Positions 51,221-64,000 of a stretch of DNA of 64,000 nucleotides are shown piece by piece. Position numbers and translations under genes: made by a program. Source of the DNA: Octopus vulgaris (taxonomy: Eukaryota); NCBI GenBank assembly GCA_951406725.2, contig OX597826.1, positions 44,020,001 to 44,084,000 of the forward strand, in the 5' to 3' direction. The notes beneath the pieces are model-generated. The model saw nothing but the letters and a program-made list of their open reading frames with translations, had not been told where the DNA came from and did not search any database. The stretch's first letter is position 1. Each line of letters begins with the position of its first letter.

Positions 51221-51400
51221 GTGAGAAGGAGATCAACAATGGGGCTTTGCATTCCTGTGCGATCAGGAGATAAAAGAAGCGTCACACCCTTGCGGTCAGC
51301 AGAGGTCAAATTTTTTTTAATACTACTAGCGATCAATGAGAGCGCTAACCTTGACCTCGGATCCAGTTCACCTTGTTCTGTTTTCAGTTACTTATAGAAA

Positions 51401-51770
<370 letters not shown>

Positions 51771-52327
51771 AATGCCTTGATGCAGTATCAGGCAGTGGCT
51801 TCCGTGGCTTCTGATCTTAACTGATTGGAAGTGTTGTCATGTGGATTGTTTTATCTTGGTATAAAAGATGGGCTACAGCAAATATTCTGCTCAGTACCAC
51901 AGATTTTCTTGTCAGTTGTTTGACCTTAACCAGTTGAGCATGTTCCTTAGTGGCTGACGATATGTGCATCTCTGATCACAAGCACAAGTAGTGGGGGAGC
52001 ATCCTAGCCATGTGTTGAGAGGGATTCTTTGGGGTTTGAATAATACGCCTCTGGAAACATGGGTGTTTTATTCAACTTCCTTAAACAACCCTTTTTCAGG
52101 GACCTTTTGAGTGGGATGGGTTACTCGACAAGAAGAAAATTCTAACTGGGCCCCACCTGCAAGGTCATGTGCTGTTTATCTTGATATGAGATCACCATGT
52201 CGCGCACATATGTTTGTGATGCATGTGTCTGGTGCACCCTTATCAGACGGGTAGTCATGATAGGTATATTGGGCTTCGTATATTTTACCCCAGTGTGATT
52301 TTGATGGCATGCACTGCTCTCACACTC
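51771..52327 (+). mobile_element. Family C ~557-bp non-coding repeat, full length, in (AAT)n
   Basis: aatgccttgatgcagtatcaggcagtgg...gatggcatgcactgctctcacactc; same ends as 8885-9430. Confidence 0.88.
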
Positions 52328-52345
52328 AATGACAACAACAACAAC

Positions 52346-52401
<56 letters not shown>

Positions 52402-52411
52402 TAATAATAAT

Positions 52412-52726
52412 AAAGAATTTGAAAATAGAAAGAATTTGACAAGATTAGTAAATATAAAGATAGGAATATAAATATAAAGATATAAATATAAAGATAGGAA
52501 ATGCAAAAAATCGTATTAACTGGAACGGCTCATGTACTGAGAAAAGCATTATCGCTGTGAAAACAACATCCATCCATGAATTTATTTATTTATTAATTTT
52601 TAAATACATATTTTACCTGTGAATTTGGGTGTGCAATCTGGGAATGCATTCAATGAGCTTCTCTGCCCTAGGTGTACGGAAAACACTCGGCGAGAAACAA
52701 GAAAATTTGAAGAAAGAAGGAAAAAA
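52412..52726 (+). mobile_element. R4/Dong-like LINE extreme 3' fragment in (AAT)n
   Basis: KEFDKISKYKD, deletion, then EMQKIVLTGTAHVLRKALSL*, 3' UTR and (AAT)n. Confidence 0.75.
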
Positions 52727-52761
52727 TAATAATAATGATAATAATGATGATAATAATAATA

Positions 52762-52812
<51 letters not shown>

Positions 52813-52815
<3 letters not shown>

Positions 52816-53550
52816 TTTGTACAAAGCGTAAGGATGCTTAAAAGCATACACCTGCTAGAAATAAGAGCTAAAGTATTAATTAAACCACCCTACATCACCA
52901 AGATAACAGAGAAAAACAGTAGGCTAGGAGGAAACGGAAAGAATTAATATATTCAAAAACATAGTACAAATATGAATGATTATGCAGTTTAGGACATCGA
53001 CTTTTGGCTTTTGGCAATTTAATTCTTGAATCTCTTCAGTGTGAACTACCTAGTAAAAATTCAAGACCGTCACGATAAACTCCGATAATGCAACTGGTTT
53101 TGTTTTACACCAAAAATAGAGCACATGGTGTAGAAAAATCATAAGTAAACATTCAAACATTAAGATTTGAAATTAGATGTCACTACTGTTAATATCATTT
53201 GTGGATAAATTTTTGAGCAACATAGGTGGTCTGCAGGCAAATAGCAATATTTACGTATAAATAACAAATTCGCACGAAGCATAAGGGTGCTTAAAAGCAT
53301 ACACCTACTAGAAATAAAAGCTAAAGTCTTAATTAAAACGCCGTAGAGCATATTCTTTTATTTTTGTGCTTTTGAATGTATTAATTCTTTCCGTTCCCTC
53401 GCCTACTGTTTTTCTCCGTTGTCATGGGGCTGTACGGTCGTTTAACTAAGACTTTAGCTCTTATTTCTAGTAGATGTATGATTTTTAAGGATCCTTACGC
53501 TTCGTGCAAATTTGAAATTTATAGCTGCTATTTGCCTGCGGACCACCTAT
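52813..53550. mobile_element. Penelope-like partial tandem (453-bp period) plus inverted copy
   Basis: 52814-52890 repeated at 53267-53345; 53365-53550 is the inverted copy; minus-strand CTGAAGA at 53033-53039 with degenerate cTAAAC at ~52987-52992. Confidence 0.65.
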
Positions 53551-53647
53551 ATAAATGCTGTTGATACCATCAGTTTTCAATTTTATTCACAAATTGATAT
53601 TAACAGTTGTGACATCTTATTTCAAATCTTAGTGTTTGAATATTTTG

Positions 53648-53696
<49 letters not shown>

Positions 53697-53697
<1 letters not shown>

Positions 53698-53912
53698 ACG
53701 GGAAGCTTTATGAAAATAGACAAAAGACGAAGGCAGGTGGAAAACAAACAAACAATTGTATTAGTATGGCGCTCAGGAAATATAAATAAAACAAGTCTTT
53801 AACGTTTCGAGCCTACGCTCTTCAACAGAAAGATACACAGAGAGAAAAAAAAACACAGAAAGAAGGAGAGAAAAAAAATGCGTGCAGTAACTAACGAATC
53901 AACATGGCGATT
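53697..53912 (-). mobile_element. Short hammerhead-bearing element between (TA)n and (CA)n
   Basis: Homologous to 22475-22590; motif at 53796-53833. Confidence 0.7.
53796..53833 (-). ncRNA. Minimal type I hammerhead-like motif, variant core CUGUUGA
   Basis: TCTTT-CTGTTGA-a-GAGC-gtag-GCTC-GAAAC-GTT-AAAGA: perfect 5-bp stem I, 4-bp stem II, palindromic AACGTT. Confidence 0.6.
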
Positions 53913-53933
53913 ACACACACATACACACACACA

Positions 53934-54032
<99 letters not shown>
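53913..54032. repeat. (CA)n/(TA)n microsatellite
   Basis: Directly visible. Confidence 0.97.
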
Positions 54033-54089
54033 CACGTGACAACGTGACTGACCACGCAATCAGATGTTGCTACACATAGTAATAATAAT

Positions 54090-54417
54090 AGTGGAACATG
54101 GCTACGAAGACAAGAAAAATACTGACAGTGTACGGAGCTTTCCATTCTAAGAGTGACACCTATAGGCTGTACTTCTTCAGAAAAAAGGTGGGGAGAGGTT
54201 TGATCAGTTGTCAGGATTGTATCAAACAGAGGAAAACACCTTAGGGTGGTATGTAAAATATACCGTGGAACCATTGTTGAAACATGTGAAGAAGACCGGC
54301 GTCACCACATCTCAGAATTGTGTAAAGAGAGAAACAACTTAAAGTGTAAAAGAACACACACGCGCGCGCGCACACAGACACACACACACACACACACACA
54401 CACAGGCACACACAGAG

Positions 54418-54450
<33 letters not shown>

Positions 54451-55260
54451 CAAAACAGCATGCAAGGAGTAAAAATGTTCGGTTAGTTGGCAACAGATAC
54501 GAACGCCAAGGCGGGTATAAAAGACCAGTGGACGAGGAGGAGTGACCTGAAGCTAGAAACAGAAGCACTTATATCCACAGCACAAGAACAAGCGTTGAGA
54601 ACTAACTATGTCAAGTGCAGAATGGACAACACTATCGACAGCAACAAATGCAGAATTTGTGGTGAGGAGTGGGGTGAAGCGGTATGAGACGACGTTAGAT
54701 AGATCCATTGGGAGCTCTGTGGAAATCACGGCCTACAAAAAGAGCATAGACGTGGTATGAGCAAATCCCAGAATGAGTCACCGAGAATGAATATTGTAAA
54801 ATCCTGTCGGATGTAATGATTCATTACGATCACCTGACCAGACATCAGAAACTGGACATTGTCTTGGTGAATAAAAAAGAAAGAACATGCATGATAATCG
54901 ATATAGCACGTCCCGGTCAGAAAAGGATCAAAGAGAAAGAAGAAGAAAAACTGAAGATCTATGACAATTTGAAGCGGGGAATACTAAGATTGCGATCAAT
55001 GAGGAGAGTAGACGTGATACCAATAGTAAATGGCGCACTTGGAATTACCAGCACTCAGCTACCACTATGGTTCAAAAAGATTGTTACAAATGTGAAGGTA
55101 GAGCATCTATAAAAATCAGCATCGCTAGGAACTGCCAGAATACTTCGCAGGGTTCTTGAAGCGTGACCAGTAAACCAGTGTCATCTTAGTCTGCCGACTG
55201 TGGACAGCTCACATTTTCCATCATACCCAGCAAAATAAGCTGATAGTCTCCATCAAATAA
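54090..55260 (+). mobile_element. Degenerate R4/Dong-like LINE 3' half (thumb, CCHC, RLE) with an internal (CA)n
   Basis: GAFHSKSDTYRLY..KGGRGL; RSDLKLETEALISTAQEQALRTNY..CRICGE; IHWELC; KLDIVLVNKKERTCMIIDIA..IPIVNGALG; short (AAT)n before and long (AAC)/(AAT)n after. Confidence 0.88.
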
Positions 55261-55314
55261 CAGCAACAACAACAACAACAACAACAATGATAATAATAAT
55301 AATGATGATGATGA

Positions 55315-55404
<90 letters not shown>

Positions 55405-55659
55405 CAACAATAATAATAATAATAATAATTATAATAATAATGATAACCAGCAGAATAATGGTAATGCTGCATTTGATGACAATGGTGATGATGACGATGA
55501 GGAGCGGGGAAGAAGAGGTTGCTAAGATTCAAACATGGCAATTCTTTCAAAATCGCATGATAAGCTTTCGTATATGTAAAAGTAAAAAAAAAGATTAAGT
55601 TGTGAAAATCCCACTCAGTTGGAATGTAATTGGTTTACATTGAACTACATGTAATTATT

Positions 55660-55749
55660 CATACATACATACATACATACATACATACATACATACATAC
55701 ATACATACATACATACACACATACATACATACATACATACATACATACA

Positions 55750-55778
<29 letters not shown>
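55660..55778. repeat. (CATA)n microsatellite
   Basis: Directly visible. Confidence 0.97.
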
Positions 55779-55781
<3 letters not shown>

Positions 55782-56064
55782 CAGACATAATTTCTGTTTT
55801 ATATATAAAATTTGATGAACTGTGAACTAAGTATATGCATGTATGTATCCATCTCTCCCTCTCTACATGTATATATACTGGTACACACACACACACACAC
55901 ACATACACATACAGACAGACACAGGCACAAACACACACACATATATGTACAGAGAGAGATACTTGTACATACCTTCCTATGTATCTACGTATCAATGCTA
56001 AGTTAACGTTATTATTTTCAAGTTAGTTTTAGAATAACAATGCAATATTTACTATAGAGTTAAA

Positions 56065-56320
56065 TCTATATATATAAAACTGAAGTTTTCTGTGTGTGAC
56101 AGGTTTGGTATCGTTCAACTAACACTATCTCCTCCGAGACCCTGCGGTGCAAGTTGACCAAAATTGAGAGTATGATAGAAGATAAAATTCCGTAGAAGAT
56201 AAAATTCAAATCGGACCACGTTAAGATCAAAAATGCTTTTTCTATGAAAATCCCTATTTTTTACGATTTTTTGACTGCTGTGTCGCCATTTTTCGGTATA
56301 TTTCAACCAGAAAAGTGACG
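56065..56320 (+). mobile_element. Helitron-like non-autonomous element 5' end
   Basis: a|TCTATATATATAAAACTGaagtt...tgcggtgcaagttgaccaaaatt, similar to the 62466 end; 3' extent unknown. Confidence 0.5.
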
Positions 56321-57440
56321 GAAAAAGGAAAGCGTTGCTAGTAGAGCGATCTATTCAAAACAGATTTCCATATTGCCAATATTTCATGCTATGGCAAAAT
56401 AGGAAACCGAACATTGCAGTTCACACAAATCTCCATTGAAATGCCCGTAGGCTTTTGAACTGTAACAAGAACTGTACGAATTCTATAAAATTGTCTGTGG
56501 AAGATAAAGAATTTGATACATGACGAATCACTGGGTTGCAGAATATCCCAGCTGATCAAATTTGGATCTAAGGCAGTTACATCGTCAACCGTTGTTCGTT
56601 GAGAAAAAAGTTGTCGATCTTTCTAGTAAAATGAATTAAAATACAAAAAGAACAGGCAATAAATAACATAATCAACAATCCAGTAGGTTCTGTTCTCGAG
56701 GAAATTACTAACAACATGAATCTCGGCATAAAGAAAGAAATCAATCACAGTAACACAAGTATTGAGCTATCACCTTTACATCGTCATATCATCTGTTTAT
56801 AAACAAATAAAAAGAAGTGAATACACACGGCTCAAAATATCGCTCGTAGCAAGATTAGGAGAGAAAAACTACCCTAATTGCAGCAACAAGCCACTAAATC
56901 ACTAAATGAAAGAACGATTATGATGCGATTGGAAGGAAAAATCTACAGAATTGATGTTATCAGTGATCGATCAATTTACTAAAGAACAGCTTACACGAAT
57001 TGAAATTCCCAATTTTTCGACATAAAATGTCTTACTGAATTGTATTGCAATTACCATTCTGCAGCAGAAGAGAGGAACTGGGATCGATCGAAATAGAAAA
57101 CAAAATGCAACCAAAATTGGATCGCATTTCTCCAACAGAGAATTAGATACACTCATTAGAAGCAAAGTGAAGAATACATTCACGAATCCCTAGTTGCAAA
57201 AGTAAGATGGGTTTTACAAGATGTACGGAAACTGCTACGGGGGAAAACGCACAGAGTAACAGTCCTTAAATAAAAACTCATTATAAAATCATTAAGTCAA
57301 AAATGTTCTTCTCATAGAAAAGTACAAAGACGTAATAATCAATCGTGAGGTTACAATATATTTATAAAGAATCTGTCTATTGCAGAATGAAATGCAATAC
57401 CAGGAAAGTTTTAAGTTGCTTGTACTACTATGATATAGAA

Positions 57441-57822
57441 GTGGAGGCGCAATGGCCCAGTGGTTAGGGCAGCGGACTCGCGGTCGTAGGATCGCGGTTT
57501 CGATTCCCAGACCGGGCGTTCTGAGTGTTTATTGAGCGAAAACACCTAAGGCTCCACGATGCTCCGGCAGGGATGGTGGTGATCCCTGCTGCACTCTTTC
57601 ACCACAACTGTCTTTCACTCTTACTTCCTGTTTCCGTTGTACCTGTATTTCAAAGGGCCGGCCTTGTCCCTCTCTGTGTCACGCTGAATATCCCCGAGAA
57701 CTACGTTAAGGGTACACGTGTCTGTGGAGTGCTCAGCCACTTACACGTTAATTTCACGAGCAGGCTGTTCCGTTGATCGGATCAACCGGAACCCTCGTCG
57801 TCGTAACCGACGGTGTGCTTCC
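57441..57822 (+). mobile_element. Young tRNA-Arg(TCG)-like SINE with 11-bp TSD
   Basis: A box tggcccagtgg, anticodon-like gactcgcggtc, B box ggtttcgattccc; TSD atgat(a)tagaa at 57430-57440 and atgatacagaa at 57823-57833 (1 mismatch); CpG-rich. Confidence 0.9.
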
Positions 57823-58383
57823 ATGATACAGAATCATTCTATGATGTTGTAGAATATAAATAAGCTACATAAAGGCGATTCACTGTAGTCAAATGAGGCA
57901 TTGAGTGAGTACAGAGTAAACGGCTCTCCTAGAACAGTAAACCCCGCCCCCAACAGCTGTTGTAAAATCATCGAATATAAAATCACCTGAGAGGGAGGTG
58001 GTAGGTAAATGCTTGTTTAAGAAACCTACATATTACAGGAAATCTCGCGCTGCAAGTGGGCCGCTTTATCACTGTATTTGTTGGTATTAGGTTTCTGTTA
58101 GACGCGCAAAGAACTAAAAATCTCGTTGAACACTGCTTGTTTCTTCCTGACGCTGACTTTCTAGCTTAGTCCTGCTGTTCATCTAGGCTGCTGGTATCTC
58201 ATCTTTCTTAAATGTCAGTTCATCTTCGTAATATGTTACCTTGTCATTACAAACTATGCTTTAGTTTGTTCGGGTATTCACGTTACGTAAAAAAAACAAC
58301 TTTTATTTTCTTCTAACGACTCAAAAATCATTATATTACACTGACTTCTGTAAATCGTGTAGAATTTATATAAGCATGGTATT

Positions 58384-58603
58384 TACTCTTTTACTCTTTT
58401 ACTTGTTTCAGTCATTTGACTGCGGCCATGCTGGAGCACTGCCTTTAATCGAGCAACTCGACCCCGGGACTTATTCTTTGTAAGCCCAGTACTTATTCTA
58501 TCGGTCTCTTTTGCCGAACCGCTAAGTAACGGGGACATAAACACACCAGCATCGGTTGTCAAGCAATGCTAGGGGGACAAACACAGACACACAAACACAC
58601 ACA

Positions 58604-58637
<34 letters not shown>

Positions 58638-58799
58638 AATATACGACGGGCTTCTTTCAGTTTCCGTCTACCAAATCCACTCACAAGGCTTTGGTCGGCC
58701 CGAGGCTATAGTAGAAGACACTTGCCCAAGATGCCACGCAGTGGGACTGAACCCGGTACCATGTGGTTGGTAAACAAGCTACTTACCACACAGCCACTC
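58384..58799 (-). mobile_element. SINE family B, near full length
   Basis: Reverse-complement match to 38405-38790 with internal (TA)n/(CA)n. Confidence 0.92.
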
Positions 58800-60047
58800 T
58801 GGCACACACACACACACACACATTTATTTAACATACATTTACAAAAAGTTGGAAATTGATAGATATTTTACAGCTTACTAACTAAACAGTCTCATTAAAA
58901 AAAAATACGCATTCTGAAACATATCAGAAACTTCCAACTGTTATCCTTTATGTGTTTCCTTTGCTTTTTAGTACTTGAATACACTAATTTACGAGAAATG
59001 AGAAAGATTTCATTCTAAACCCCGCAAAGTGAAGACTTTAAAACTAATAAATGACTGAGGGTATTTCAAATTACTTATAAATACAAACTGAAATAATATC
59101 AGTATTGAAGTTGACTGTGATGTCATTTTGCATGTGATTGCTTCGATATTGACGTGAAAAACCTATAATTCTATTCAAATAAGTAAAGGAAGCAAACGGA
59201 AAAATAAGAATTTATACTATAAAATAGAGAAGAAGTATACGATGAAATAAGCGCTGAAGCAGATGTCGTTGGTAATTAATTTTACAGTTCTATCATTCTG
59301 CAATCGTACCATCAAACTTGTGTATTAGATTTTACTATAAGATTCCTCTTTTATCTGAACACTTCAATACTTTTTTATGTCTTCTGATGCAGAGAAAAAC
59401 ATTTGCTCTTTAAGAATCGCCATTCATTTTCTTTCATTCGCATATAATTAGGTGACTATTCTGAAGCCTTATCAAATTTGCACTTGCAAATCCTTTTTCG
59501 TTGAAATACTCTCTGATATCGTCATCATGTAGTGTCATGAATTATCGAATTTTCACCAAAAGTGTTTTGCTTGTTTCTTATTATGTAAATGCAGGAAAAA
59601 AATATATATCACTTTGGACAACATTTCTATGGTAACTTCAAATATTTATTTATTTATGTATTTATCTATGTATTATGTGAAAGAAATATACGACATTCAA
59701 AGCTTAATCTAATGTTGAAGTACTTAGAACTTTCACTTACTTAACTGTCAATATCATTTCACTGCAAGTGTTTTTTTCAAGATCTTCTCTATATGAAATG
59801 TGATTTTTTTTATCACATATACGTTAATGGAAGTTCAATAATTATTTAGTTTTTAACTGGCATTTCAGGAGTTGTAAGTCGCTTATTTCCGCCTCCTCAC
59901 TATCTATATAATATATTCAATGCACAATATATCTCGAGAATACTATAGATATGTTTATTACATGCTATCTCACAAGTAAACTATCTATATGCTTAAAACA
60001 TAATGCATCACGTGTATATGATCTATCTATATATGCTTCATACATAA

Positions 60048-60263
60048 TAGTTTTAAATTTTGGCACAAGACCAGCAATTTTGGGGGAATGGATAACTCCA
60101 TCACATCGACACTTGTACTCAACTGGTACTTATTTCATTCAACTCCGAAAAGATGGAAAGCAAATTCAAAATGGGCAAAATTGGAACTCAGAATCTAAAG
60201 ACGGACAAAATACTTACCAGTGTTTTGTCCGGCGTGCAAACAATTCTGCCAGCATGCCGCCTT
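60048..60263 (-). mobile_element. SINE family A (diverged)
   Basis: ttggcacaagaccagcaattttggggg...aactggtacttattt...ggaactcagaa...ccggcgtgc...ttctgccagc..gccgcc. Confidence 0.8.
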
Positions 60264-60283
60264 ATTTTATTTATAATACATAT

Positions 60284-60445
60284 AGGCGCAGGCATGGTGG
60301 TGTGGTAAGAATCTTGCTTCCCAAGCACATGGCTCCGGGTTCAGTCTCACTTCGTGGTACCTTACGCAAGTGTCTTTTACTATAGCCTCGAGCCAACCAG
60401 AATATTGTGAGTAGATTTGGTAAAAGGAAACTAAATGAAGCCCAT

Positions 60446-60500
<55 letters not shown>

Positions 60501-60659
60501 GTCTGTGTTTGTCCCCGTAAATTAGCGGTTAAGATAGAATTAATACCAGGCTTACAACGAATAAGTTCTGGAGTCGCTTTCTTCGTCTAAAATACTTTAA
60601 GACACTGCTCCAGCATGACCACAGTCAAATCACTGAAACATGTAAAAGAATAAAAGAAT
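60284..60659 (+). mobile_element. SINE family B
   Basis: aggcgcaggcatggtggtgtggtaag...ccgggttcagtc...(TA)n...ctccagcatgaccacagtcaaat. Confidence 0.85.
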
Positions 60660-61151
60660 GCTTCAGGATTAAACTATCTCAATGTTTGTTACATATCGCA
60701 TGAATAGACCACGTGTTTAATACATATCTCTGGAGTTACATGTCTATATATTATTGCATGAGTAAACTCTCAATATGTTTAATACATAATGCTTCATGGA
60801 CAAAATATATGTTTAATAGATAATAACTCAATATTTTATAAAGACCTAGGGTGTAAGAACATTGTGGATTTTGTGCATAGATCATTTAAATAATTCTTTA
60901 AAAGATTTATCTTGAAGATAATTTTGTAGGAGGATGTCACCGATTATTTATTTTTGCGGATAACAACACCAAAATGGAAAAGCTTTTACAAATTCCTACT
61001 TCACACTGGGCAGTTGTTCTATCCGAGAATACACCAATGACGATTATCAAATACATCGGTCTCCTATGGTCTCGGGTTTTAGCTGTCGGCTACTTCAATG
61101 CAATATATTTTGTATGGCGATTCTAGTAAGGAATATGTATAACTCTAATAT

Positions 61152-61554
61152 ATTTATTTATTGCCCACAGAGGGCTAAAGATAGAGGGGACAACCAAGAA
61201 CAGACAAAGGGATAAAGTCGATTACATCGACCCCAGTACGTAACTGGTAATTATTTAATCGACCCTGAAAGGATGAAAGGCAAAGTCGACCTCGGCGGAA
61301 TTTGAACTAAGAAAGTAACGGCAGACGAAATACCTATTTCTTTACTACCCACAAGGGGCTAAACACAGAGGGGACAAACGGATTAAGTCGATTGTATCGA
61401 CCCTAGTGCGTAACTGGTACTTAATTTATCGACCCCGAAAGGATGAAAGGCAAAGTCGACCTCGGCGGAATTTGAACTCAGAACGTAACGGCAGACGAAA
61501 TACCGCTACGCATTTCGCCCGGCGTGCTAACGTTTCTGACGGCTCATCGCCTTC
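61152..61554 (-). mobile_element. Dimeric SINE A variant with 23-bp TSD
   Basis: Full unit ~61335-61554 plus 5'-truncated unit 61152-61334; aggaatatgtataactctaatat at 61129-61151 and 61555-61577. Confidence 0.9.
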
Positions 61555-62082
61555 AGGAATATGTATAACTCTAATATCATATCAGTATCATCCATCAAAC
61601 AAAAGAGTTTGCGAACATTTGCATAATATAGAAATGCAGATTTCATGTAAATGGCGGAACATTTGAGAGCTTAAATAAGAATATGTTCATGATACTCACT
61701 GAAGGCTAGATGCTTACTAAATTCAATTTGGTTTGTTTTTTTATTTGATACCACTAAAACTAAATTGATCACAACTATGTTGTAGTTGAGATCCTTATAT
61801 CATTAAAAATGTTTCAGGGTAAGAATAAATATATATGCTTAAAGAAGATCAGTTCATATTCTCTTTGATATAGTTTGTTTCTAGGTGTATTTTGTTGACA
61901 AACAAATTAATCGGAATAGTAATTAGGTTACTCTAAATTCTTCCCTTTCTCTCAAACATACTACCCCCCACCACGCACATATGCACGCGCATACTTATGT
62001 GTATAAGCACGTATACATATACACATACTTATATACGTGTGTCTATGTATAAATGTGCATGCATATACCTATCTATCAATCT

Positions 62083-62466
62083 ATCTTTCTTAGCCATTTC
62101 TGTTTTGGTGTCTTCAAGCCATGAAGTCGTTGTTCTAAAAGAACACTGGTCTCCTTGACAACGCATTACGACGTTGATTTCCTTACACTCCCTTCCCCAC
62201 AGGTGCAGGTGTGAGCGTGGACGCCAACTCCGCCGCCATCGACACACGAAAAATTATGCATTAAAATGGAATAAAAAATGATGTTAAATTATTTTTAAAA
62301 TCGTAGACTCATCGTAGACGCGCGCTAATATTCAGACGGGCTCGATATGAATCACGACTATAAGCTACCCGAATTTGGTTAAACTGTACCGCAAAATGTG
62401 GGAGTAGTTAGGAATCTAAATCGAAGGGGACAGACACTCACACAACTACAGTTTTATATATATAGA
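62083..62466 (-). mobile_element. Helitron-like non-autonomous element 5' portion
   Basis: Minus strand a|TCTATATATATAAAACTGtagttgtgtgagtgtctgtc...tgcggtacagtttaaccaaatt. Confidence 0.5.
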
Positions 62467-62474
62467 TATACATA

Positions 62475-62845
62475 GCGCAGTAGTGGTGAGATATGACAGC
62501 AAAGAAAAGCATACATTCACTCTCTGCATGCAATTAGACTCGGAAAGTTCGTGAGGAACCCATTGACCCAATTTGCTGACTTTTCCGATAGCACACAGGT
62601 GTCAATGAATGGTTGAATGACCAAATCCAAGCTTCTCTGCTAGTTCCTCAACAGTTACGATGATATTTTGTTCCACCAGGGTTTTCAGGATGTCCTTGTC
62701 GAGTTCTACAGATCTTTCAGGATGAGGCTCGTCTTCTAGGCTGTAGTTTATGGCTCGGGATTTCTGGAACCACCATTGACACTGCCTTACGCTTATTGTC
62801 CAATCCCCATATACTGCATTAATATTTCTTGTACTTTGCACACAT
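62475..62845 (-). mobile_element. Mariner transposase N-terminal (HTH) fragment
   Basis: RNINAVYGDWTISVRQCQWWFQK...LEDEPH...TVEELAEKLGFGHSTIH*HL..IGKVSKLGQWVPHEL. Confidence 0.88.
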
Positions 62846-62901
62846 TTATATTCTGTTATTCTTTTATATGTTTCAGCCTTGAGGTTGTGGCCATGCTGGA
62901 T

Positions 62902-62904
<3 letters not shown>

Positions 62905-62935
<31 letters not shown>

Positions 62936-63711
62936 TATCTGTCTGTCTGTCTGTATGTATATATGTATATGTATGTGTGTGAACAATAATATTTTCAACA
63001 GATGTGTTGCAAATGTATCTGATTGTTCTCAAGCTTCAATACTGTGTGTGTGTGTATGTGTGTGTGTATGTATGTATGTATATGTATGTATGTATGTATA
63101 TGTATGTATGTATGTATGTGTGTATGTATGTATGTGTGTGTGTATGTATGTGTGTGTGTATGTGTGTGTGTGTATGTATGTATGTATGTATGTATGTATG
63201 TATGTATGAGTGTATGTTTACTTTATTACTAATTACTCTCTTCCAAGAACATTTTCACTCACTCTTAGCTCTTAGCTTCCCATACATTTTACTCATGTAT
63301 CTATCAGCGTCATAGACAGAATACTTTCACTTTAGTCTTCCTCAAATCACTCTGTCGCTATTTACTTTCATTTTATTCGTTGCCCACTGTGTGTGTGCGT
63401 TTGCGTGTGGTGTAAACCAGACTAAGAAAAGCATTTGACACACACACCAGAATGTGAGTTTTCTGTAAATTTTGCTTAATTGGAGTTTAAATTTTAAAAA
63501 CTGGACCTGGCATGACGCGATGCATTGTACTCTTAAAAATGCTAGGTAAATTGTAATTGAAGAAATCCTATATTGTAGATTTGTATAACTCCCAAAGGGA
63601 GGCAGATAAAATCTGCCTTTTATAATAAGAGATATAAAAATATGTGTTTGTATATATGTGTGTGAGGATTACACATGCATATATGTATACATACATACAT
63701 ACATATATATG

Positions 63712-63753
<42 letters not shown>

Positions 63754-63847
63754 TGTATGCATATGTAAATATGTATACATATATACATCCTCACACACGT
63801 ATATACAAACACACACATATATGTGTACGCACACACACTCACACACA

Positions 63848-63931
<84 letters not shown>
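62905..63931. repeat. (TG)n/(TATG)n/(TA)n microsatellite-rich block
   Basis: Directly visible at 62905-63210 and 63670-63931. Confidence 0.9.
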
Positions 63932-63932
<1 letters not shown>

Positions 63933-64000
63933 TAAAGTCACATGGGTCTGTATATACTTCTGAGTGCTCTCAGCATTGTTCATTTGAAAACTTGTGTTTC

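Noticed and set aside
56971-57183. Possible Helitron Pif1 helicase motif on the minus strand
   Set aside because: Resemblance too weak; no INKSQGQT-like signature
57441-57515. Apparent tRNA-Arg gene (also 48619-48685)
   Set aside because: No proper acceptor stem or poly-T terminator; continues into a SINE body, and 57441 is bounded by a TSD

Overview
AT-rich, microsatellite-saturated eukaryotic DNA. The tRNA-derived/CORE-type SINE families and simple-repeat density point to an octopod cephalopod genome (inference). I recognise no complete host gene. Nearly all six-frame ORFs are microsatellite artefacts; a few possible + strand exons are listed at low confidence. The window is a mosaic of mobile elements: two very abundant SINE families plus tRNA-Arg-like SINEs, R4/Dong-like restriction-like-endonuclease LINE remnants in (AAT)n tracts, an unexplained ~557-bp (AAT)n-flanked element, an RTE-like fragment, three mariner remnants, Tc2/pogo-like MITEs, Helitron-like 5' ends and GIY-YIG Penelope-like fragments. 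The most notable signal is about 14 short non-coding elements, many next to (TA)n or (CA)n tracts, built as fold-back hairpins or ~455-bp partial tandems. Almost all carry type-I hammerhead-ribozyme motifs (CUGAnGA-stem II-GAAAC). Several cores are non-canonical, and inversion or truncation points cluster at the ribozyme. All coordinates, alignments and folds were read by eye, so ends of degenerate elements are approximate.
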